The notes beneath the pieces are model-generated. The model searched no databases. It saw only the letters and a program-made list of their open reading frames with translations, and was not told where the DNA came from. A stretch of 64,000 nt of DNA, taken from assembly GCA_963697895.1 (NCBI GenBank), contig OY969100.1, forward strand, positions 224,001-288,000, written 5' to 3'. Below are positions 30,831 to 41,460 of this stretch, piece after piece. How positions within the stretch are numbered: position 1 is the stretch's first letter; each line of letters opens with the position of its first letter. Both the position numbers and the translations under genes were made by a program. The DNA is from an uncultured Methanomicrobiales archaeon. Its GTDB lineage: Archaea > Halobacteriota > Methanomicrobia > Methanomicrobiales > Methanospirillaceae.

Positions 30831-30961
30831 ATTTTCTTCGCCAGCCCCTGAAAGGATGCGTGAACCCTGAGCGGAAAAATGGTGTGCCGGTTTCGAGGCC
30901 CCCTCACCTAAACGACTCCCTTCCTATCCTGAACACTTTCTCCATGAATTCACGGTATCCA

Positions 30962-31384
30962 TCAGGAAACCCCGAGCATTTCCCTCGCGAACTTTTGGGC
31001 GTTCTCCAGGTCCTCCGTGTCGGGATGACCCCGGTTCGTGAAGAGAAATTTCCCCCTGCAATGATAACTCCCGAGGATCGCAGCGCCTTTCTTCGTGAGG
31101 TCTTCCGCCATAGCATCGATCATTTTCTTTGCTCCTTTGGGACCCCCTGACGTGCCGAAGAGCGCCAACCTGCGTCCGGAAAAGTCGTTCGATGAGATGA
31201 ATTTCACCATGGCCTCACCGGGCTTTCCGCCGTAGGTCCCGCTCCCCAAAAACAGGGTCTTCACTTCGCCGGGCAGCGGGGCCCCAAGATCTCCCACAGC
31301 GACGCCGAGCTCCCCCGCGATGGCATCCGCCAGTTTCCTTGTATTCCCGCCCCGTGAATCAACCAGTACTACGATGTCGGTCAT
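30962..31384 (-). CDS. Flavodoxin-like protein
   Basis: SRGGNTRKLADAIA, LFLGSGTYGG, GHPD.EDLE.A..FA. Confidence 0.9.
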   Translation of the reverse strand: MTDIVVLVDSRGGNTRKLADAIAGELGVAVGDLGAPLPGEVKTLFLGSGTYGGKPGEAMVKFISSNDFSGRRLALFGTSGGPKGAKKMIDAMAEDLTKKGAAILGSYHCRGKFLFTNRGHPDTEDLENAQKFAREMLGVS

Positions 31385-31446
31385 ACATGCACATGTATAC
31401 AGACGGGGTAATAAGTGGATCCGACATCGGCCCCATCCCGCCGGGA

Positions 31447-31776
31447 TCAGGCGTGGATCATCGTCAGCATCATCTTGAACCGGGTCTTTGCCGCGACCGC
31501 ATGGGGGATATTCGCCGGCATGATGATCAGCTGCCCGCCGGTGAGTGATGAATTCTCTCCGGCGATCGCAACCTCCGCCTCGCCTTCAAGCACCATGAGG
31601 ATCGCATCGTAGGGAGCCGTGTGCTCGGAGAGCCCCTCCCCTTCGTCGAATGCAAAGAGCGTGATGGTGCCTGCATCTTTATAGACGAGCATCCTGCTGA
31701 CGACGGAACCCTCCTGGTATGCGATCAGGGATGCGGGGTCGAGCACCCGCCCGGAGAGATCTTCCGGGGGAGCCAT
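31447..31776 (-). CDS. Cupin domain protein
   Basis: TLFAFDEGEGLSEHTAPYDA...MPANIPHAV. Confidence 0.9.
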   Translation of the reverse strand: MAPPEDLSGRVLDPASLIAYQEGSVVSRMLVYKDAGTITLFAFDEGEGLSEHTAPYDAILMVLEGEAEVAIAGENSSLTGGQLIIMPANIPHAVAAKTRFKMMLTMIHA

Positions 31777-32090
31777 CAGGATCGGGCTCCGGTGGTCCTG
31801 TCCCGTGTGCGAATTCCAGCCATACAGGGAATCTGGCGCGGGACTATATATCGGTTGGGAAGATCCATCCCGTACTCTGGGATCTGGTCTCCACGGACAG
31901 GGAGAAGTGTTTTCCAAACCCTCATCCGAAACGATATCGCCACCATCCGGATGGGGGGGACCCGTCGATGCTCACGTTCATCGGGAAGATCCCGACCGCG
32001 AATTTCCGGTTCTCGTGTCCGGAGAGGATGGTCTCTCTTTTCGGCCAGCGTTTTCGATAAGTTATTTTATGCCCGGGTATATTTCCCTGT

Positions 32091-33359
32091 ATGAGATATC
32101 TCGTTCCCATCGCTCTTTTTCTCATTGCAGCCGTTCTCCTCGGTGGATGTACCGGTTCTCCCCCGGAGGGGACCAGCAGTCCTCAGGCCGCCGGGGAGGT
32201 CCGGGTCGATGCCCTCCTCGCCCTTCACGGGGTCGGATCCTCGCTCGGCGAATCGTCGCAGGCCGCCCTGCTCACGGCGGAGGACGACATCAACCAGTAC
32301 TACCGGGAGATCGGCTCCCCTACCCGCGTGCGGGTCGTCATCCACGATACCGGATCAGATCCCGCGACCGCGCTTGCATTGGCAGAACAGGTCCGGGCCA
32401 GCGGCGGGAGGTTCGTGATCGGGTATCTGTCGAGCGCAGAGTCCTCGGCGATCAAAAACTATACCGATGCGAACGGGATGATCGCCATTTCATCCGGCAG
32501 CACCGCCCCCGCCCTCGCGATCCCGGACGATTCCCTCTACCGGATGATCTCCGACGACTCGGCGCAGGGAGAATTCATGGCGGTTTACCTGGACACGGAA
32601 CATATCCGGGCGATCGTTCCCCTCTGGCGGGGTGATATCTATGGGGACAACCTCACGAACCTGACCCTGGCTGCCTTCTCAGGCCGGGGCGGAGTCGCCC
32701 GCGACGGTGTCCGGTACGATCCCGGGACGACGGACTTCAATGCGACCGTCGCATCCCTCGACCTGCTCGTCGGGGAAGCGATAGACGCCTACGGTGCCGG
32801 CTCGGTCGGGGTCTATGCCGTGACCTTCAACGAGATCGCGGATATCATGAACGCATCGGCAGAGAAGGCCAACCTCTCCCGGGTCCGGTGGTTCGGGAGC
32901 GACGGGAACACCCTGGACCCTTCGCTCACCGGCACGACGCCTGCCGCGCTGTTTGCCGCACGGGTAAACATGACCGGCTCGATCTGGGGCATACCCATCG
33001 AGTACCGGAACAGCGGTCAGGTTTTCCGGATAACGGAACGGCTGGGGCGCGAACCTGACGGCAGTGCGATCGCGCTCTACGATACCCTCTGGGTGGTGAT
33101 GGAGGTGCTGGAGGAGACGCCGGCGGAAGCGAACCAGACCGAGCTCGCCCGTGCCCTGGTCCACCACCTGGACACGTACAACGGTGCCAGTTCAGATCTC
33201 ACCCCCAATGCCGCAGGGGACCGGATCCTCGCGTCGTACGATTTCCTGCGGGTGGTTGACGGACCGTCGGGTTCCCGGTGGGAGAAGATCACCCAGGTCA
33301 GGAAGGGGCCGTTCGATTCCACGGCAGTGATCATCACCTATCCCTTGTACTGGTTATGA
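32091..33359 (+). CDS. Type 1 periplasmic-binding (branched-chain amino acid-like) lipoprotein
   Basis: LLGGC lipobox; HDTGSDP..A, VIG..SS.E, STAP.L, YD.LW. Confidence 0.85.
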   Translation: MRYLVPIALFLIAAVLLGGCTGSPPEGTSSPQAAGEVRVDALLALHGVGSSLGESSQAALLTAEDDINQYYREIGSPTRVRVVIHDTGSDPATALALAEQVRASGGRFVIGYLSSAESSAIKNYTDANGMIAISSGSTAPALAIPDDSLYRMISDDSAQGEFMAVYLDTEHIRAIVPLWRGDIYGDNLTNLTLAAFSGRGGVARDGVRYDPGTTDFNATVASLDLLVGEAIDAYGAGSVGVYAVTFNEIADIMNASAEKANLSRVRWFGSDGNTLDPSLTGTTPAALFAARVNMTGSIWGIPIEYRNSGQVFRITERLGREPDGSAIALYDTLWVVMEVLEETPAEANQTELARALVHHLDTYNGASSDLTPNAAGDRILASYDFLRVVDGPSGSRWEKITQVRKGPFDSTAVIITYPLYWL

Positions 33360-33411
33360 TATTGACCGGATCGCCGGCCGTTCGATTCCACGGAGTGATC
33401 CTCACCTATCC
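33307..33411 (+). repeat. Duplicated 3' coding segment of the binding-protein gene (2 copies, ~70 bp apart)
   Basis: GGCCGTTCGATTCCACGG(C)AGTGATC(A/C)TCACCTATCC at ~33307 and ~33377. Confidence 0.85.
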
Positions 33412-33584
33412 GCAGCCCGCATGAGGGAGTGGCCGGAAACACCGGCCGGGGTTATTTTTTCAATTCCGGGGGTGTATCGGATGAGGAGGAGTCCAGCGGC
33501 CGAACCCCAAATCTATATATGTAAGATGCTCCTTCAAGTGACCTGCCGATACATTCGGAAAGAAACAGGCAGAGGTGATGACAC

Positions 33585-33818
33585 ATGTGGGGAAGACATG
33601 AAGAAGGCATGCATGCCATGGGCATGCACGGGACCGGGATGGAACACCAGCCGGATATTCTCTGGACGATGTGGGAGAAGCTCGATGACAAGACAAAGAA
33701 GATGCTCCTCCTGCGCAAGCTGGACGAGAGGATCCTGATGAAGGAGTGTTGGATAAAACATATGCAACACCGGATCGAGACGTACAAGATGCTGAAACAA
33801 ACCATCGAAACGATGTAA
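33585..33818 (+). CDS. Small Met/His-rich coiled-coil hypothetical protein
   Basis: GAGGTGA RBS, TATATAT upstream, T-tract downstream. Confidence 0.7.
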   Translation: MWGRHEEGMHAMGMHGTGMEHQPDILWTMWEKLDDKTKKMLLLRKLDERILMKECWIKHMQHRIETYKMLKQTIETM

Positions 33819-34032
33819 GAAAATTCCTCTCTCTCTTTTTACCGGAACAGATCGGTAACGTTACTCTCCGGTTTGAGCCTGAGAAAACGGCAGGTTCTCC
33901 GCTATAAGGAGGCTTCTGTGCAGGTATCCGGAATCGTTGCGGATATTTGTAAATGACGGTTTATTCCTTTCATGAACCCGGAAAAGACCGGCGACGCAAG
34001 AGTTAACAGAGCCAAGACCAATACAGGAGGGT

Positions 34033-34605
34033 ATGGAATTTCACCAAAGCCAGACGGAGAAGAACCTCCTCGCGGCGTTCGCCGGCGAATCACAGGCGAG
34101 GACGCGGTACAGTTTCTTTGCCAGCGTCGCGAAGAAGGAAGGGTACGAGCAGATCTCGGGTATCTTCCAGGAGACCTCCGATAACGAGAAGGAACATGCA
34201 CAGCTCTTCTTCGCACTGCTCCAGGGAGGGATGGTCGAAATTACGGCGGGATACCCGGCCGGCAAGACCGGGTCAACCGCAGAAAACCTCCGGGCGGCTG
34301 CGGCCGGTGAGAAGCTTGAATGGGGCACACTCTATCCGGGCTTTGAAAAGATCGCGGAGGAAGAAGGGTTCGGGGATGCTGCCAGGACGTTTCACCAGGT
34401 GGGCCGGGTCGAGGCGTACCATGAACGGCGGTACCTGAAACTGCTCGCAAACGTCGAACAGGGCACGGTCTTCCGGAGGAACGCCCCTATCCACTGGAAA
34501 TGCAGGAACTGCGGGTTCGTTTGCGAAGCGAAAGAAGTGCCGGTGAAGTGCCCGGTGTGTTCTCATCCCCGGGACTACTTCGAGGCCTGGTGCGAGAATT
34601 ATTAA
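34033..34605 (+). CDS. rbr: Rubrerythrin
   Basis: AFAGESQAR, E.EHA, GE..E..LY, E..HE.RY, WKCRNCG...CPVC.HP. Confidence 0.95.
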   Translation: MEFHQSQTEKNLLAAFAGESQARTRYSFFASVAKKEGYEQISGIFQETSDNEKEHAQLFFALLQGGMVEITAGYPAGKTGSTAENLRAAAAGEKLEWGTLYPGFEKIAEEEGFGDAARTFHQVGRVEAYHERRYLKLLANVEQGTVFRRNAPIHWKCRNCGFVCEAKEVPVKCPVCSHPRDYFEAWCENY

Positions 34606-35004
34606 CGTTCTTTTTTTATCTACGCTCGGATACCGCGTTCCGGTACAGGATTACTGACGGTCCCCTGGTGATCTCCCGGCCGGGAACCGGTCTTCAAGTT
34701 ACGGGAATCACTGATTTCTTTTTTAATGCATCGCTCGAGGGATACCTTCCCCAAATCTATGGAAGGAAAGTATTCACTTCCTTTGGCGGCTAACCCATCC
34801 ATTGAATGAACTGGCGTCCTGCGAAAAGGATTCCCGTATTTTTGATCTCCTTCGGGATACTCCCCAGATCTCGTAAAAGGACTATTTCCGTCCCTTTTTC
34901 GATTTACCAATCGGGTTACCCGACCAAACGGAGGATGCCCGGAATTATTGTCCTGTACCGGTAGTCCCAAAGCCGGCTCCGTCCGAAAAAAAAAAGAATG
35001 GGTT

Positions 35005-36250
35005 CTACTTGAAGATATCGAAGATCTGGTCGCTGCCGGTTGCGGAGAGCCGGTCCCGCTCGCTCTGCTCGTCGACGAGCGCGAGGACCGGGAGGTTCAT
35101 GTCGACGCCCGGCACGTACCCGAACATCTTCTCGAGTTCCTGACCTGCTGCGCATGCATGAAGAGGGCGTTCGGGATATCCATCGCACAGAGTCTCCTCG
35201 CACTGGCCGCAGTTCACGCAGGAGTCCGCGATATGGGCGAACCGGATCAGGTGGAACATGAAGTTCGGCGGGACCTCGCCCGGGGTGACGAGGTAGGGTT
35301 TCTTGGTGCTGCACTCGACGCAGTAGCAGATCGGGCAGTTCTCGATGCACTGGATAGCACTTGATGCACCGCGAGGTCTCCTTCACGATCGTCGTGAGCC
35401 GCTCCGTGCCTTTCCGAGTGCCCCGAAGTCCTTCGCCCGCCACTTGTCGCCGAGCTTGAGCATGGCGCCCTCGACCTTGCCCCGCATCTCGATGCCCTTC
35501 GGCCGGCGCCGGTTCGGTCGCGATCACGCCGGCCTTCACCGCAGCGGTAAGGAGGTTTGCACCCTTCTCGCTGCAGACCTCGACGAACGTGGCCTTCCCG
35601 GCCTTGTCGCCGATGACGCCCCAGTTCCCGCAGGCGAGGTCTGCCTGCCGCGGGACCTTCATCTTGCACCGGCGGCAGTTGGTCCGCCGGCCGTAGCCCT
35701 GCTCCTCGAGCTCGTCCATCGAGATGCCCTTGTGGCCGCCCTCGTACTCGATGATGAACTGGCCCTTGTCGATCTCCTCCTTGTGGACCGTGTCCGGGTC
35801 GACCCCGAACTTCTCCTTGATCATCTTCCGTGCCATGATCGGGCTGACCGAACCACCGCAGTTCACGCCGATCATGACGACGTTGTCCAGGTTGACCTGC
35901 TGCCGCTTCGCCAGCTCGTAGAGGCCCATCACATCGCAGCCCTTGACGGTGACCCCGATCTTCATCGTGTTCGACTCCGTCGAGGTACTTCTTGAGCGAG
36001 CTTCGACATGAGCAGCGTCCCGCAGTGGAGGGAACCGGCCGTCTTGGTCGAGGTCTTTCGGGTCGGTGATCAGGACCGGCACCGCGTCATAGAGGTCCTG
36101 CCCCTTCTTCACGGCAAGGACCGCATCGACGAATCTTGTTCTCGAGCGCGATACTTCCAGAGACCGGTGACGGCGCCACCGAGCTCTGCCTTCTCTGCGA
36201 TCTGCCTTGTCCGTGGTCCATGCGTAGAGCATGTCTCCCTTTGCTGCCAT
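35005..36250 (-). CDS. fdhB: F420-dependent formate dehydrogenase beta subunit (multiple frameshifts)
   Basis: [45 protein letters not shown] spread over several frames. Confidence 0.9.
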
Positions 36251-38330
36251 TTACTTCGCCTCCGCGATCTTCTCTATCCTGTACCGCACAGGCCTTGAAC
36301 TCCGGGATCTTGGCGATCGGGTCGAGTGCATTGTTCGTCAGCATGTTTGCCGCACATTCCTTGTAGTGGAACGGCATGAACATGACCCCTTTCATGATAT
36401 CCTCCGTGACCCGTGCCGGCACCTTGACCTCTCCCCGGCGGGTGATCGCCCTGACCATCTCCTTGTTCTGGATACCGAGTGCCTTTGCGTCCTCGGGGTT
36501 GATCTCGATCCATCCGGTCGGCTCCTCCGCCTCGAGGTCCTCGGACCGCCGGGTCATCGTCCCGGTGTGCCACTGCCAGATGCAGCGGCCGGTGGTCAGG
36601 ATGAACGGGTATTCCGCATCCGGGACCTCTGCCGGCGGTTTCCACTCGAGCGCGTGGAAGACCCCGATCCCGTCCGGGTGAGAGAACTTCCCGATATGGA
36701 GGATCGGGCGTTCCCGGGTGTTCGGCGGTCGGGCAGGGCCAGTGGAGGGCTTCGGGCCGGTTCAGCCGCGCGTAGTTCATCCCGCCGTAGGACGGGGTGA
36801 GCTTCGACATCTCGGTGAAGATCTCCTCGGCACTCTTCCAGGGGAACTGCTTTGCGTACCCCATCTTCGCGGCGAAGTATCGGCGAGGATCTGCCAGTCG
36901 AGTTTCGCCTCGCCCGGTGGGTCCTGTGCCTTTCGCCACATCTGGACACGCCGCTCGGTGCTCGTCTGGGTGCCGTCCTTCTCTGCGTAGCAGCAGCCGG
37001 GGAGGACCACATCGGCGAGCTCCGCCGTCTCGGTCAGGAAGATATCCTGGACGACGAGGAACTCGAGGTTCTTGAAGGCCTTCTCCACGTGGTGGAGGTC
37101 CGGGTCGGAGATCATCGGGTTCTCGCCCATGATGTAGAGCGCCTTTAGCTCGCCGGGCTTGTCGACGAGGACATCCATCATCGTGGTGACCTCGTACCCG
37201 TTCTTCGGCTCGCAGATCCCGTCCGGGAAGCCCCAGGCATCGGCGAACTTCTTGTGGGCCGCCTCGTCGATCACCTTCTGGTACCCGGTGAAGACGACGG
37301 GCAGCGCCCCCATGTCGCAGGCGCCCTGCACGTTGTTCTGGCCACGGAGCGCGTTCACGCCGGCGCCGGGCTTGCCGAGGTTGCCGGTCAGCATCTGGAG
37401 GTTTGCCGTCGATTTGACGTTGTCGACACCGGTGGTGTGCTGGGTGATACCCATCGAATAACAGATACATGCGGATTCTGCCTTTGCAAACCACTCGGCG
37501 GCCGTCTTCAAAGAGGCAACGGGTATTCCCGAGATCTTCGAGACGTTCTCGAGGCTGTAGGTATCGCTTCATCACGACTTCCTTCAGCTTCTCGAAGTCC
37601 TTGGTCCGGGTCTTGATGAACTCCTTGTCTTCCCAGCCGTTCCTGATGATCTCCTGCATCATCCCGTTCAGGATCGCGACATCCGAGCCGGAGACGGAAC
37701 GGCATATAGAGGTCGGCCTGCTTCGCGGTCGGGGTAAACCGCGGGTCGGCAACAATGAGCTTTCGCACCGTTTGCCTTCGCCTGCATGATCCTGCGTCCG
37801 ATCAGCGGGTGCTGCTCGAAGGTGTTGGACCCGAGGACGAACACACACTTCGACTGGGCGATATCCCCGATCGAGTTGGTCATCGCACCGGAACCGAACG
37901 ATGCGGCGAGCCCGGCGACCGTCGACGCATGGCAGAGCCGTGCGCAGTGGTCGATGTGCCGGGTCTTCAGACGTCCCGCGGGCGAACTTCATCATCGCGT
38001 AGTTCTCTTCGTTCGAGACACGGGCCGATGAGAGACATGCCATCTCGTCCGGCTTGTACGACTTGAACTTCTTTGCGATCAGGTCATATGCCTCGTCCCA
38101 GCTCGCCTCGACAAACTTGCCGTCCTTCTTGATGAGCGGCTTTGTCAGGCGGTCCGGGCTGTTCACGAACTCGTGGGCGTAGGTGCCCTTCGGGCAGACC
38201 TTACCTTCGTTGACCGGGGAGCGCTGGTACGGCTGCTACCCCCACTACCTTGCCGTCCTTTCACCACGAGGTTGAATGTGCATCCGGTCCCGCAGTAGGG
38301 ACAGGTTGTCTGTACATACTTCATGTCCAT
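36251..38330 (-). CDS. fdhA: Formate dehydrogenase alpha subunit, Cys-type (multiple frameshifts)
   Basis: [56 protein letters not shown] across frames. Confidence 0.9.
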
Positions 38331-38527
38331 ATTCAATCCTCTTACACTCAGATCTCTCCCGGTAACCATATTTAACAGTAATGTTTAACTCCGGAGAAAT
38401 TGATGAATATCTGTGGGTATGCATCCCTGAAAGGAAGAGAGACACCCGTCAAAATAAATAAAATGAAGCGAGCAATGGAAAATAACCCTGATCTATCGGA
38501 AAATTCTGCCATGGCCGGGGTGCGCCG

Positions 38528-39023
38528 GTGAAGAAGGTACACGTTCCTCCCATGCTCGCGGCACTCGTGCAGAACGGAGTCATGGCAGTCGAAGGAAAAC
38601 ATTTTTCGGGGGTGGTCCCCTGCCCGTCCTGCGGGGGTGAAGTCTCCGGGTATGATGAACGGGAACGGCGGTTCGCGACGATCATCGACGGGGACACGAC
38701 CCGGGAGGTGACCGTGACCGTGACCCGGTTCCAATGCCGGCAGTGCGGGGAGATCTGCAGTGCCCGGGCACCCTTCTATCCTGACACCCGGCTCGGGTCC
38801 CCGATCGTCGACCTCTGCGTCACCGGTGCGAAGGAACTCCCCTGCAACCAGGTAGCGGGGATATTGCGGGAGTTCGGTCTTGTGGTCGACCGGGGTACCG
38901 TGAGGAACTATGCCGGCCGCGATTTCGGCACCATTCCCGTGACCGAGCCTCTTCGGCCTCCGGATCCCGCAGTCGGTCCTTTCCCTCTCGATGTATGCGG
39001 TCAGGACAGATGGGCTGTCATAA
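38528..39023 (+). CDS. Zn-ribbon plus HTH-like hypothetical protein (frameshift near 38948)
   Basis: CPSCGG...FQCRQCG, then PCNQVAGILREFGLVVDRGTVRNY; removing one C gives ..ELFGLRIPQSVLSLSMYAVRTDGLS*. Confidence 0.7.
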
Positions 39024-39317
39024 CTTCGCATCGGATGCGGGATATCCAAACGCCATCATAGTTCGGACCGTATGCCGGATATGTAAAAAATCATCATAAC
39101 TTCGGACCGGATGCGGGATATCCAAACGGCCATCATAGATTCGGACCGTATGCCGGACATCCAAACGGCCATCATAGATTCGGACCGGATGCCGGATATG
39201 TAAAAAATCATCATAACTTCGGACCGGATGCGGGATATCCAAACGGCCATCATGGTTCTGACCGGATGCGGGATATCCAAAAGATCATCATGGATACCGG
39301 CTGAATGCCGGTCATCA
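39018..39317. repeat. Tandem repeat ~39 bp x7-8 spanning two convergent stop codons
   Basis: TCATA(A/G)..TTCGGACCG(G/T)ATGC(G/C)GGATAT(CCAAACGGCCA/GTAAAAAATCA). Confidence 0.92.
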
Positions 39318-39563
39318 TCCTTTCGCTTTCCCGTCATCCGCGGGAACAAGCGCACTTCCGTCATACGGACAGAATTTTTCCCGCCCGGTCGTCTCCCACC
39401 CGCAGACCGGGCAGCGTTTCACGACCCGCTCCTGTCTGATGAACGGGATCAGGGGGATGAATATGAACAGGAAGAAGAACGGGAGGCCGATGCTCCAGAG
39501 GATCGCCGTGATCAGGAGGGAGACCCCGAGGAGGATGACGGCGAGCTGCCAGGTCTTCAGCAT
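39315..39563 (-). CDS. Small membrane protein with C-terminal Zn ribbon
   Basis: Two TM segments then CPVCG....FCPYDG; overlaps the stop of the upstream gene. Confidence 0.8.
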   Translation of the reverse strand: MLKTWQLAVILLGVSLLITAILWSIGLPFFFLFIFIPLIPFIRQERVVKRCPVCGWETTGREKFCPYDGSALVPADDGKAKG

Positions 39564-40495
39564 ACTTCCTGCCGTATGGCCACCTCACGGACGGCATACG
39601 CGGGGAGTGCACCGGCGGCCGGTCCCAGGGACCGGGTGAGGTCTCTTCCCCCGAGTTCCCGCGAGAAGAGTTCCGCACCGATCCCGGCCGTGATGATACG
39701 ATCCCCCGCACCGGATTCCCGGACGACCCGTGCCACCGCGTCCGTTATCTGCTGCCGCTGCGCTTCCCAGAACGTGGTGGCGATGCCGACCGCACCCGCC
39801 TCCCCGATCTCATCGATATCGGCGCAGACCACCCGGGCGAGCCGGCGGAGACAGGCGTTACGCTCTTTCCCGCCGTGATCGGGGGCATCCACCGCGTACT
39901 CCTTTTCCGTGATATGCCCGAGCACGAGGTGGGCATCCCCGCTGCAGGCAAAGTACTCGGTGCTGACCGGCGTTGCGACCCCGGAGAGCGGGACCTCGCG
40001 GAGGAGCGCCGGAAGACTCGTCCGGAGCATCCCGGTATAGACGAGATACCCCTTCTGCAACCGGCGGGTATCGGTGAGGCCGGGAAGGTCGGGGAATGTC
40101 CCGAGGGGAATGATGTCGGTCGTCGTGCTCCCGATATCCACGAGCACGGAATCCGGGTAATTTACCCGGAGATAATCGGCGGAAGCGAGCCAGTTGGCGG
40201 CGGCGAGCACCCGTCCCGGGCGGTCATGGAACCGGCCGTCGATCCCGTAAAAGCGGGCGGCCGGAAATACCTCCCTCACCGCGTCGACGATGAACGCGAC
40301 CCCTTCTTCTTTTCCGGAGAAACAGTCGGCGAGTTCACCGCTCATAACGACTGCCGCCGCTTCGTCGCCATCTTTCCGGTACACCCGGAGGATCTCACCG
40401 AGCGGTGCGCCTTCCCAGAGGGGGCAGTAGTGAATATGGACACCGGTCTGGTCGACGACCTTCAGGTTTGCCCCGCCAACGTCGATCCCTATCAT
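39557..40495 (-). CDS. mfnF: Hydantoinase A-family protein, MfnF-like (methanofuran biosynthesis)
   Basis: IGIDVGGANLK, MSGELADCF, AAANW, DIGSTTTDIIP, LVYTG.LRT; adjacent to MfnD-like gene. Confidence 0.8.
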   Translation of the reverse strand: MIGIDVGGANLKVVDQTGVHIHYCPLWEGAPLGEILRVYRKDGDEAAAVVMSGELADCFSGKEEGVAFIVDAVREVFPAARFYGIDGRFHDRPGRVLAAANWLASADYLRVNYPDSVLVDIGSTTTDIIPLGTFPDLPGLTDTRRLQKGYLVYTGMLRTSLPALLREVPLSGVATPVSTEYFACSGDAHLVLGHITEKEYAVDAPDHGGKERNACLRRLARVVCADIDEIGEAGAVGIATTFWEAQRQQITDAVARVVRESGAGDRIITAGIGAELFSRELGGRDLTRSLGPAAGALPAYAVREVAIRQEVC

Positions 40496-41379
40496 GCCGC
40501 CCCCAGCCTCCCGCTACTATCGAACGTAACAGGCCCGTGGAGGTGTACCGGGTCCTGGTGTTCCCCCCGGGACGCCCGCACGAGGAGATTGGCAATCTCC
40601 TCCTCCATGCAGGCCGCAATGCCGACGATGCTCGTCGTGATCCGCGGGTTGACGTCCACGACGTACACCCGGTCGGCGACGACCAGGTCGATCCCGGCAT
40701 ATCCCTGGCAACCGAGCACCTGCACCGACCGGACCGCCGTCTCGAAGATCTCCTCCCTTCGCGGGTGGTCCACCGGCGTTTCCCCCCCACGGTAATGGAA
40801 GAACCCCCCGGGATCTACCTCGATATGCTGGCGGTTCAGGGCGAGGACGAGCGGCGGTTCACCGGTATAGTAGAGGCAGGCATTCCCGACGACCCGGCTT
40901 CCGATCAGGCTCACGGAGAGGTGCTCCCCGTCGATGTACCGGGTTTGGAACTCTCCGGGCCCGGGAGGATCGTCCCCGAGGCGCACCCCGACCGAACCGC
41001 AGCCCTGGACCGGCTTGATCACGCGGGGTCCCGTCGCCGCCTCCTCCGGCACCGGCACACCGTGAAGGGAGAGGATCCGCCCGGTCTGCCGTTTGTTGGC
41101 ACAGACCGCCGCATTCATGCTCCCGCAGCCGAGGTTATGGGTCAGCCGCTCGAGGATCGAGGTGGGACGGGCAAGGAGCTGATCGGGTGCGATGACGAGG
41201 CCAAAGTCGCATCCCGGTGCGAGACGGGCGATCTCCTCTGAAAACTCCCCCTCTCCGGGAGCGACGACATCGTACCCGCACCGCTCGAAACTGTCACGGA
41301 GGACCCGGAGCATCGCCGCTCCCTCCGGGGCGAGCGCCGGATCGCGGCCGGATGCATACTCGGCCAGGAGCACCCTCAT
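40492..41379 (-). CDS. mfnD: ATP-grasp protein, MfnD-like tyramine--glutamate ligase
   Basis: EG.AML, LVIAP, VIKP..GCG, G.H.SVS, Y.GG.TP, DVNPRITTS. Confidence 0.8.
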   Translation of the reverse strand: MRVLLAEYASGRDPALAPEGAAMLRVLRDSFERCGYDVVAPGEGEFSEEIARLAPGCDFGLVIAPDQLLARPTSILERLTHNLGCGSMNAAVCANKRQTGRILSLHGVPVPEEAATGPRVIKPVQGCGSVGVRLGDDPPGPGEFQTRYIDGEHLSVSLIGSRVVGNACLYYTGEPPLVLALNRQHIEVDPGGFFHYRGGETPVDHPRREEIFETAVRSVQVLGCQGYAGIDLVVADRVYVVDVNPRITTSIVGIAACMEEEIANLLVRASRGEHQDPVHLHGPVTFDSSGRLGAA

Positions 41380-41460
41380 GGATAAGTGGTGGGGGACAAA
41401 GCGAGATTAAGGCTGACGATCGGACAAGTATAACTTCTCCCTCCCCCCACCTCTCCCGTG

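Noticed and set aside
37925-37960. Selenocysteine in FdhA
   Set aside because: The active-site region reads HCARLCHAS with TGC codons, so it is Cys-type
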